This document shows positions 23,894-34,695 of a stretch of DNA of 64,000 nucleotides, one piece after another. The position numbers and the translations under genes are program-made. Origin of the DNA: Leucoraja ocellata (Eukaryota). Location: the NCBI GenBank assembly GCA_036785375.1, contig JAWMAR010000045.1, positions 3,658,001-3,722,000 of the forward strand. Direction: 5' to 3'. Each line of letters starts with the position of its first letter. Position 1 is the stretch's first letter. The notes below the pieces were generated by a model that worked only from the letters and a program-made list of their open reading frames with translations, was not told where the DNA came from and did no database searches.

Positions 23894-25289
23894 TTCAGAC
23901 TGATGTCAGGGGAATGGGTGGGACTGAGAGAGAATGTAGTCGGAGACAGTACGACTGGTGGGAGAACTGGGAAGTGGAAGGGGATGGAGAGAGAGGAAAA
24001 GCAAGGGCTATTTGAAGTTAGAGAAGTCAATGTTCATACCGCCGGGGTGTAAGCTACCCAAGCAAAATATGAGGTGCTGTTCCTCCAATTTGCGCTGGGC
24101 CTCACTCTGACTAATGGAAGAGGCCCAGGATAGAAAGGTCAGATTGGGAATGGGAGGGGGAGTTAAGGTGCTGAGCAACCAGGAGATCAGGTTGGTTAAG
24201 GCGGATTGAGTGGAGATGTTCAGCAAAACAATCGCCGAGCCTGCACTTGGTCTCACCGATGTACAGGAGTTAACTCCTGGAACAGCGGAGGTTGGAGGAG
24301 GTGCAAGTGAACTTCTGCCTCACCTGAAAAGACTGTTGGGGTCCTTGGATGGAGTTGAGGCGGGAGGTAAAGGGACAGGTGTTGCATCTCTTGCGGTTGC
24401 AGGGGAAAGTACCTGGGGAGGGGATGGTTTGGGTGGGAAGGGACCAGGGAGTTGCAGAGGGAAAGGTCTCTGCGGAAAACAGAAAGGGGTGGAGATAGGA
24501 AGATGTGGCCAGTAGTGGGATCCCGTTGGAGGTGGCAAAAATGTAGGAGGATTATATGCTGTACTAGACTAAGTGGGACCCGTTGGGTCCCAGCATCACA
24601 CAGGAAGGCTGGTCATCCAACGCAATATTCCACCTCTCCACCAATTCTAATATTGGTGGCCAGTTGGGGGGGGGGGGGGGGGGGGGGGCTTTCTGGAGCG
24701 CTACTATGGGTGTTGTGGGCTGAGGGGACTAGTTTCCAGAGGGTTAGTATGCACATTGTGCACCAAATGGATTCTTGGGCTGGCGTCTCAGTCAATCGAG
24801 CCTGTTGTACTGGCAACTCACTCACTCACGGCTGGTGGGCTGGTAGTTGACACGGCTAATCCTCGAAATTCTATTTCAAGCAGGGTATAAGGCCACCAAA
24901 TTCAAGTGCAGTTTCTTACCACTTCTAGCAGGGTGCAAGGCCACCAAATTCAAGTGCAGATTCATACCATTTGAAGTAGGGTGCAAAGCCACTAAAGACA
25001 GCGAGTCGTGACCTCTCCCTCCTCCATCTTGCAATGACTGAGCCACACCCACATTTCCGGGTTTTATAACCCCCCCCCCCACTGGAAAAGGTGTGGCTTT
25101 CATGGAGTTATTGACAGGAGAGAGATTCTCAACATTTTTAAAAAAACTAATAACACTTTTATTTTTCATTGATGGGAAGAATTATCTGCACTTGCTCAGC
25201 GGAGGGGGGACTGAGTAAGATGGCCAAAAATCACAGCCGTAAGTGGTAGCGTTTTATCTAAAATCAATATACAGTGCAAACAGGAAGTA

Positions 25290-25790
25290 AGTGCATTTAC
25301 AGTAGTGCCTTTCAACTTCATGCCACCATTTGCAGTAAGTAGTACATTTCAACTTCATGCCACCATTTGCCGTAAGTAGTGCATTTCAACTTCATGCCAC
25401 CATTTGCAGTAAGTGGTGCCTTTCAACTTCCAGCCACACCCAAGCCACACCCAAGCCACCATTAACAGTAAGTGGTGCCTTTCAACTTCAAGCCAAAGCT
25501 CCCAAGCCTCCATTTGCAGTAAGTAGTGCCTTTCAACTTCATGCCACCATTTGCAGTAAGTGGTGTCTTTCAACTTCAAGCCACACCCAAGCCACCATTT
25601 GCAGTAAGTAGTGCCTTTCAACTTCAAGCCAAAGCAACCAGGCCAACATTTGCAGTAAGTAGTGCCTTTCAACTTCAAGCCAAAGCAACCAAGCCACCAT
25701 TTGCAGTAAGTAGTGCCTTTCAACTTCATGCCACCATTTACAGTAAGTAGTGCCTTTCAATTTCAAGACACACCCAAGCCAAGCCAATTG
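25290..25790. repeat. Minisatellite inside Helitron (core gccaccatttgcagtaagtagtgcctttcaacttca)
   Basis: Direct tandem copies with variable linkers. Confidence 0.9.
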
Positions 25791-25834
25791 GGCGGGGGGG
25801 GGGGGGGGGGGGGGGCTTTCTGGAGCGCAAGTAT

Positions 25835-28325
25835 GAACCATTTTAGAACCAATAGACATTTTCTTTGCAAGCTTTAGAACCAGTAGACATTTTTTTTGCA
25901 AGCTTTAGAACCAATAGTCATTTTTTTGCACGCATTTAAAAACCAATAGACATCTTTTTGCAAGCTTTAGAACCAATAGAGACACTTTTTGCAAGTTTTA
26001 GAACCAATAGAGACACTTTTTGCAAGCTTTAGAACCAATAGTCATTTTTTTGCAAGCTTTAGAACCAATAGACTTTTTTTGCAAGCTTTAGAACCAATAG
26101 ACTTTTTTTGCAAGCTTTAGAACCAATAGACATTTTTTGCAAGCTTGAGAACCAATAGTCATTTTTTTTGCATGCTTTAGAACCAAGTCTTTTTTTTGCA
26201 AGCTTTAGAACCAATAGAGACACTTTTTGCAAGCTTTAGAACCAATAGACACTTTTTGCAAGCTTTAGAACCTATAGACACATTTTTGCCAGCTTTAGAA
26301 CCTATAGACATATTTTTGCAAGCTTTAGAACCTATAGACATATTTTTGCAAGCTTTAGAACCAATAGATATTTTTGCAAGCTTAGAACCAATAGAGACAC
26401 TTTTTGCAAGCTTTAGAACCAATAGTCATTTTTTTGCAAGCTTTAGAACCAATAGTCATTTTTTGCAAGCTTTAGAACCAATAGACTTTTTTTGCAAGCT
26501 TTAGAACCAATAGACTTTTTTTGCAAGCTTTAGAACAAATAGACTTTTTTTGCAAGCTTTAGAACCAATAGACTTTTTTTGCAAGCTTTAGAACCAATAG
26601 ACTATTTTTGCAAGCTTTAGAACCAAGAGTCATTTTTTTGCAAGCTTTAGAACCAATAGACATTTTTTGCAAGCTTTAGAACCAATAGACATTTTTTTGC
26701 AAGCTTTAGAACCAATAGACATTTTTTGCAAGCTTTAGAACCGATAGTCATTTTTTTGCAAGCTTTAGAACCAATAGACTTTTTTTGCAAGCTTTAGAAC
26801 CAATAGATATTTTTGCAAGCTTAGAACCAATAGAGACACTTTTTGCAAGCTTTAGAACCAATAGTCATTTTTTTGCAAGCTTTAGAACCAATAGTCATTT
26901 TTTGCAAGCTTTAGAACCAATAGACTTTTTTTGCAAGCTTTAGAACCAATAGACTTTTTTTGCAAGCTTTAGAACCAATAGACTTTTTTTGCAAGCTTTA
27001 GAACCAATAGACTTTTTTTGCAAGCTTTAGAACCAATAGACTTTTTTTGCAAGCTTTAGAACCAATAGACATTTTTTGCAAGCTTTAGAACCGATAGTCA
27101 TTTTTTTGCAAGCTTTAGAACCAATAGACTTTTTTTGCAAGCTTTAGAACCAATAGATTTTTTTGCAAGCTTTAGAACCAATAGACTTTTGTTGCAAGCT
27201 TTAGAACCAATTGTCATTTTTTTGCATGCTTTAGAACCAATAGTCATTTTTTTGCAAGCTTTAGAACCAATAGAGACACTTTTTGCAAGCTTTAGAACCA
27301 ATAGATATTTTTGCAAGCTTAGAACCAATAGACATTTTTTGCAAGTTTTAGAACCAATAGACATTTTTTTGCAAGCTTTAGAACCAATAGACATTTTTTT
27401 GCAAGCTTTAGAACCAATAGACATTTTTTGCAAGCTTTTGAACCAATAGTCATTTTTTTTGCAAGCTTTAGAACCAATAAGACATTTTTTGCAAGCATTT
27501 TAGAACCAATAGACATTTTTTTTGCAAGCTTTAGAACCAATAGAGACACTTCTTGCAAGCTTTAGAACCAATAGATATTTTTGCAAGCTTAGAACCAATA
27601 GAGACATTTTTTGCAAGCTTTAGAACCAATATACACTTTTTGCAAGCTTTAGAACCAATAGACATTTTTTGCAAGCATTTTAGAACCAATAGACATTTTT
27701 TTTGCAAGCTTTAGAAACAATAGTCATTTTTTTGCAAACTTTAGAACCAATAGACATTTTTTTTGCAAGCTTTAGAACCAATAGAGACACTTTTTGCAAG
27801 CTTTAGAATCAATAGACATATTTTTTGCAAGCTTTAGAACCAATAGACATTTTTTGCAAGCATTTTAGAACCAATAGACATTTTTTTTGCAAGCTTTAGA
27901 ACCAATAGAGACACTTCTTGCAAGCTTTAGAACAAATAGATATTTTTGCAAGCTTAGAACCAATAGAGACATTTTTTGCAAGCTTTAGAACCAATATACA
28001 CTGTTTGCAAGCTTTAGAACCAATAGACATTTTTTGCAAGCATTTTAGAACCAATAGACATTTTTTTTGCAAGCTTTAGAAACAATTGTCATTTTTTTGC
28101 AAACTTTAGAACCAATAGACATTTTTTTTGCAAGCTTTAGAACCAATAGAGACACTTTTTGCAAGCTTTAGAACCAATAGACATATTTTTGCAAGCTTTA
28201 GAACCAATAGAGACACATTTTGCAAGCTTTAGAACCAATAGACATTTTTTGAAAGCTTTAGAACCAATAGACACTTTTTTTGCAAGCTTTAGAACCAATA
28301 GACACATTCTGCAAGCATTTTAGAA
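25835..28325. repeat. ~30-bp satellite, roughly 80 units (tttttgcaagctttagaaccaatagaca)
   Basis: Contiguous units with a HindIII site in most; variation is mostly in T-run length. Confidence 0.97.
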
Positions 28326-30000
28326 CCACTAAGGGCACTTACATTTGAGTAGACATGTGTTCAGTGTTATTCACAGCTCAGAGAAACGTGACCCTCTGCC
28401 TTCGTCCATCTTGAAGAGACTGTGTGGCACACCACTTCCTGGTTTTATAGTCCCTCCCCCCTGCCGCCAGCGGGGGCAGCAGAGAGAATGGGGAATTTTG
28501 TAAAAACATTAATATCTCTTGTCATTTTTAATCAACGGGAAAAATCCTTGGCACACATGCGGCGGAGGGGTGCTCTGAGCAAGGTGGCCAAAAATGACGG
28601 CCATAGGTGGCGGCGTTCTCTCGGAAATCGCAGCACAGATCGCCAAAACTGGTCAAGGACAGAGTTTTAGTAATATAGATGTGACGGCTGATGGGGTGGA
28701 TGGGACTCTGTCCTTGTTACGAATGGGGGGAGTGGGAGCAAGAGCAGAGCTGCAGGATATCGAGGAAACCCTGGAGAGAGCCTCATCTTTAATGGAAGTG
28801 GGGAACCCCCCGTTTGCCCTGGTATGGAAAACCTCATTCTGGGCGCAGATGTGGCGTAGACGGAGGAATTGGGAGTAGGGGATAGAGTCTTTACAGGAAG
28901 CAGGGTGGGAAGACGTGTAGTCTAGATAGCCATGGGAGTCAGTGGGTTTGTAGTAGATGTCGGTCAATAATCTGTCTCCTGTGATGTGTGTATCCGCTGT
29001 TCCAGGTGTCAACTCCTGAACATCGGTGAGGCCAAGCGCAGGCTCGGCGATCATTTCGCTGAACATCTCCGCTCAGTCCGCCTTAACCTATCTGATCTCC
29101 CGGAGGCTCAGCACTTCAACGCCCCCTCCCATTCCCAATCTGACATTTCTGTCCTGGGCCTCCTCTATTGTCAGAGTGCGGCCCACCTCAAATTGGAGGA
29201 ACAGCACCTCATATTTCGCTTGGGTAGCTCACACCCCAGCAGTATGAACATTGACTTCTCTAACTTCAAATGAAACTTGCTTCCCCTCTCTCTCCATCCC
29301 TTCCCCCTTCCCAGTTCTCCCCCCAGTCTTACTGTCTCCAACTACATATATCTCTGTCCCGCCCACTCCCCTGACATCAGTCTGAAGAGGGATCTCGACC
29401 CGAAATGTCACCCATTCCTTCTCTCCAGAGATGCTGCCTGTCGCGCTGAGTTACTCCAGCATTTTGTGTTTACCTTCGATTTAAACCAGCATCTGCAGTT
29501 CTTTCCTACTGCTGTCCATCACTGGACTTGCATTGTCAAATGCCACCTATACAAGAGGACAGGTCCAGAATTTTTGAAGAACATTGCAGGAATTTATGAG
29601 GTCAGGATGTTGCCCTAGTTTAGTTCAGTTGTACATACTTGGAGTCAGTATGTTTCATCCCTGTAAATGTATTGGTTTTCAGGTCTGAACAAGCTGTGGG
29701 TATGATTAGTTGTGATATTCTGAGTGAACACCAGTTCCATATCACCAGTTCCATTTTCTAGTACCAGTATCCTCAGAAGGTACTTCCCAAAATCAAGACT
29801 TAAAATCAAGGCTTAATGATACATCTCAGGAATGACAAGTGAATCTAATGAAAATCCAAGGATATCTGGAATGACCATGTTATGTGATTAGTTTCACTCA
29901 GGAAAGCCACATTCCATTTATAAATAAGGTTTTAAAGATGTATTTGATTTTATACTGCAGATGCCTTTACAATATGAATGTCATCAAGGCTGCTTCTTAC

Positions 30001-30065
30001 CTAGGAGCCGTACAAAGACCCAATTAATTCCTAATGAAAACGAGCGTTGGCTACTTGGAACACAC
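30001..30065 (-). CDS. slco4c1: SLCO4C1-like exon
   Basis: cttacag|G...CTAG|gtaaga. Translates (R)CVPSSQRSFSLGINWVFVRLL(G), the OATP RCV...RS.ALG...RLLG motif. 65 nt, phase 2 to 1. Confidence 0.93.
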
Positions 30066-30913
30066 CTGTAAGCAAATAAATCAGGAAATTCAGAACAACA
30101 TTCAGAACCATGTCATCTCTGGGTGCGCGCTCCACCACCCACCAAATGGACCTCAGTGCCTGGCAGACATTGACACAGAGCCAACAACCTGGCTGCTCAA
30201 CTCCTAGCTGCTTGGGATCTAACTGGGTTATTTCACTCGCAAAAAGAAGAAGGAAATTCTCATTGATTAATTTAAAAAAACAGGACATATATATAAATAT
30301 TATATGAACACATAAATATTAGTGAGGATATACCAAATAAAAGTATGGTGGAGATTACTAGGAGCAAAGGATTTGCAGGAGTTAGGATGTTGCGTTTCTT
30401 CAGTAAGATTATGAACACATCCTTAAACATTTTTATCTCCCCGCCTGGTAATGACATAGCCTGGACGGTGTGCCCGTATTTGGAGAATGGCAAATATGTG
30501 CTCTGTCCAATGCGGCTGATTTGAATGTAAATGGAGCCTCAATGTTCACCTGGGAGAGAACTTGGACATTGGTTTGCATGTCCTTCTATAAATTAGAAGC
30601 ATTTTGAGAAGATGGTATTGGTGGTATCTTTCTCAGTGCCTTGTGATGTTGGTAACTATGGCAGATTGGCACGCCATCGTTACCAGCACTCAAAGGAAGA
30701 CTTCAGTGTTGGGAAAACACAGTTCCTCAAATGCCACCTCTTTCTCACTGAAATAAAGTTGTTGAAATTGGTTCTTCACAGTGCTTGGGTGACCTTACAT
30801 GAGGAGCAAGCTGGAGATGTACTATGGATGTACTTGGCTAGAATCATTCTTGAGGGATTCGAGAGGCAATATGACATTGAACTCCATGGAAACATCAGTC
30901 TAGACATAAGGAC

Positions 30914-31203
30914 GTGGTCAGTGGCACAGAGGTAGAACTGCTGCCTTACAGCCATAGAGACCCGAGTTTGATCCTGACTACGGATGCGGTCTGTGTGGGA
31001 TTCCTCAAGGTTCTCCGGTTTCCTCCCACATTCCGAAGACGTGTGGATTTGTAGGTTAATTGGCTTCTGTAAATTGCCCCCAGTGTGTAGGGAGATGATG
31101 CAAAACAGGGATAATTTGTAACTAATGTACAGGTGATCATTGGTCAACATGGACTCGGCAGGCTGAAGGTTCTGTTTCTACGCTGTATCTCTAAACTAAA
31201 CTC
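30914..31203 (+). mobile_element. tRNA-derived V-SINE (HE1-like)
   Basis: A/B-box-like head gtggcacagaggtagaactgctgcc...gagtttgatcc; central ggtttcctcccacattcc; CR1-like tail ctgtatctctaaactaaa. Confidence 0.8.
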
Positions 31204-31964
31204 AACATTATTACCATCTTTGGAACACCCGAGGCTGAAAATGGATTGTTGATCAGAAAGGTCCAGGTAGAAGAAGGTGTTTCTGAAGTGTCCAAACTAG
31301 AAATGCAGATGCTGGTTTAGAAAAAAATGCACAAAGTGCTGGAGTAACTCAGTTGGTCTGGCAGTAACCATGCAGAACATGGATAGATGACGTTTTGGGT
31401 CGGGACACTTCTTAAGGTACAATATTGCAGGGCCGCCAACTCTCACATATTGAGCGTGAGAGTTACGCATTTCGACAAATTCTCACGCTCTCACACTGAT
31501 CACAAATGTCTCACGCTCTGTTGTGGGAAATTCTGTGATCAACGAGAATTTCAAAATCTCATGGGCCGCGGCTGTTGGAGAGCTGGGGCGGAGGGAGGAA
31601 TGGAAGCAGAAGCAGCGGCGGGGACAGATGCGGACAGGGAGCCGGGGAGCCAGGGCTAGCGATTGTTTGCCGGGCTTGCAGCTCCGGCCAGCGAGCAGCC
31701 TCATCGCACGAGTCCCGGGCCGTCGGAGGCGTCACAAGCATTGCGCCGCTACCGTGAGAGTCTCTGTGCCAAATTCGACCTGGTGACCAACATGGATCAG
31801 GCTGCAGCTCAGTGCATCCTGGAGGACAACCTGTGGCTGCTGGAAGTAGATACCAAGCACTGGGTAGATACGGTGGAAGATAGTGGCCTTCAAATGGGGG
31901 TGGTTGGAGAAAGCATCCTGCTTGCTTGCTAAATTTTCACTTACTGTAACTGCAAGAAAAATGT

Positions 31965-32290
31965 TCCCAATGTTGGGGGAGTTCAGAACCAGGGGTTAAG
32001 AATAAAGGGGGGGGGGGTAGTTAGGACTGAGATGAGGACAAACTTTCTTCACCCAGAGAGTTGTGAATCTGTGGATTTCTCTGCCACAGAAAGCAGTGGA
32101 AGCCAATTCACTGGATGTTTTCAAGAGAGAGTTACATTTAGCTCTTGGGGCTTGCAAAATCAACAGATATGGGGAAAAAACAGGAAAGAGGTACTGATGT
32201 TAGATGAACAGCCATGATCATATTGAATGGCAGTGCTGGCTCGAAGGGCCGAATGGCCTATGCCTGCACCTATTTTCTATGTTTCTATGC
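31965..32290 (+). mobile_element. CR1 3' end
   Basis: gttgtgaatctgtgg..ctgccacaga and tail tattttctatgtttctatg. Confidence 0.85.
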
Positions 32291-32911
32291 TTGAGTATAT
32301 GGCAATAAAACTCGATCACTTGATTTTGAAGCATTCATGCATGGTAGAGGTATAATGCAGTCATAGATACAGTGTGAAAGCAGGCCCTTCAGCCCAACTT
32401 GCCCACACCCGCCAACATGTCTCAGCTACACTACCTGCTTTTGGTCCATATCCCTCCAAACCTGTCTTATCCATGTATCAGTCTAACTGGTTTTTTAATG
32501 TTGGGATAGTCCCTGCCTCAACTACCTCCTCTGGCAGCTTGTTCCATACACCCACCACCCTTTGTGTGGAAAAAGTTACCCCTTAAAAAGTTACCGCTTA
32601 AAAATACTTCAATCAAAAAATATTGAAATCATACTTCTACAATGCACTAAAACATGATTTAAATACATCAAATTTCAAAAAGTCCCTACCATGGACACCC
32701 CCCTCCCACACCCACTCGGTTGCCCACTCCATCACCAGGTACCCCCAAGGCCAGTGATCGTTCAGCCTCCCCACTTTCAAAAACGCTCCATGGCCCCTGG
32801 TTAAAAGAGAGAGAGAGAGCACTGCCAGATGTGAGCGGGGAACTGGAATCCAGTTGTCCGTAATGTCTGGATCCCAAATCTCAGCGGTTCATGTTTCGGA
32901 GTTGGCTAATG

Positions 32912-34695
32912 CTATTTATTAGTTATTTATTTCGGACAGAATAAAAAAGTAAAAAGCAAATGTGAAACAGCATACAAAAAACAAAACACAAATATTTATA
33001 AAATGTCATAAACAATATCTATAAATAAATGAAATCATATGTGTCCGAAAAGGAGCAGGAAGAAGCCAAAGCTTATTAATTCCCACCCCTTATTCAACTG
33101 CTTGTAATTATCTCATACAAATTTAGCAGCTATATGTACACCATATGTACACCAAATTATTTACATTTATACACTAATCAAATATTTACAAAGCCATACA
33201 AAAAAGAAAAAGAAAAGAAAAAACCCGCAAATACTATACAGTATCTTAGTCATATATACAACCCATCACTATTATCACCCTTCCCAATACAATCAGTATA
33301 ACAAATATCACAATCACCTATCCTCATCCCAATATCCTTTTAAACAAGTGTTTTTGTATATCTTTTTAAACTTATGCTTGTGCTAAGTTTTATCTCCTGT
33401 TCCAGACCATTCCACAAATTCACACCACAGATTGCTATGCACATACTTTTAAGAGTTGTTCTGACATTGAGTTTTTTTTAATTATGTTCCCCTCTCAAAT
33501 TATACCCACCCTGTCTTTCCATAAACAGTTTTTGTATATTTCTTGGAAGTAAATGATTTCTTGCTTTGTACATGATTTGCGCAGTCTTAAATTTAACCAG
33601 ATCAGTGAACTTCAGTGTATGTGACTTTAAGAATAATAAATCGGTATGTTCAAGATATCCAACATTATTGATAATTCTTATTGCTCTTTTTTGTAATGTG
33701 CATAACGGCTGTAGGTTGGTTTTGTAGGTGTTACCCCATATCTCCACACAGTAACTCAGATATGGCAATATGAGTGTATTATACAAAGTATGTAATGATT
33801 TGTGGTTCAGAATGTGTCTTGATTTCCCAATATTGCTATAGACTTTGCCAGTTTTGCTTTGATGTGGTTTATATGTGGTTTCCAGCAGATTTTGTGGGCT
33901 AAGATCACACCAAGAAATTTATTTTCATATACTCTTTCTATACTTATGTTATCTATTTTCAATTGTACTTGAGGGTTTATTTTATGTTTTCCAAATAGCA
34001 TAATCTTTGTTTTGCTTAAATTTAGAGACAATTTGTTGACATCAAACCACTGTTTTAATTTATTCATTTCTGATGTGATGACTTCCAAAAGCTGCTTCAA
34101 ATTGTCACCGGAACAAAAAATATTCGTATCATCGGCAAATATAATCAATTTCAGTATATTTGATACTTTACATATGTCATTAATGTACATTATGAAAAGC
34201 TTTGGACCTAACACAGACTCTTGAGGTACTCCACAAGTTATGTTCATGTAAGTTGATTTATGATCACCTATTTCTACAAATTGTTGCCTGTTTCTTAAAT
34301 AGCTTCTCACCCAATCCAGTCCAACCCCTCTGATGCCATACTTATCCAGTTTCATGAGTAAAATGTCGTGATTTACGGTATCAAATGCTTTTTTTAAATC
34401 TATCAATATTCTCACTGCAAGTTTTTTATTATCTATGCAATTTGTGATTTCCTCAATTAGTTCCATTAGTGCCATAGATGTTGATCTGTCTGTCCGGAAT
34501 CCATATTGACTGTCGACCAAAAGCTTATGTTTTTCAATGAAATTGTCAAGGCTTTCTGTAAAAAGTTTTTCAAGGATCTTGGAGAATTGGGAGAGTAAAG
34601 AAACAGGCCTGTAATTTGTGAAATGGTGTCTATCCCCAGTTTTATATAATGGTATTACTTTAGCTATTTTCATTTTGTTCGGAAATTTACCGCTA
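32912..34695 (-). mobile_element. AT-rich CR1/L2-group LINE (Crack/Daphne-like), 5'-truncated RT
   Basis: ORFs 33807-34673 (KIAKVIPLYK..NYRPVSLL..QYGFR..DLKKAFDTV..CGVPQ.SVLGP..FADD) and 33478-33786 (LILPYLSYCVEIWG); (TAAA)-like tail. Confidence 0.85.

Larger units (their letters stand above)
24564..28679 (-). mobile_element. Non-autonomous Helitron with internal satellite arrays
   Basis: Minus strand 5' TCTATATTACTAAAA; 3' hairpin GGGACCCAACGGGTCCC then CTAG. Inserted between A and T of Penelope with no TSD. Confidence 0.88.
22792..29510 (-). mobile_element. Penelope-like element (RT C-terminus + GIY-YIG) with inverted terminal copy (28986-29510, +), interrupted by a CR1 and a Helitron
   Basis: YYKPTDSHGYLDYTSSHPASCKDSIPYSQFLRLRHIC (minus). 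CIRCSRC..IGEAKRRLGDHFAEH...EEQHLIF.LGS..P..MNIDF occurs on the plus strand, and its C-terminal part also on the minus strand. Confidence 0.9.

Noticed and set aside
25835-28325. CRISPR-like array of ~30-bp repeats
   Set aside because: Units are contiguous with no unique spacers, there are no cas genes, and the context is a eukaryotic Helitron. ORFs over it (LQALEPID / KMSIGSKAC) are repeat artefacts.
30914-30985. tRNA gene
   Set aside because: It is the degenerate tRNA-derived head of a SINE, continuing into a V-domain and LINE-like tail.
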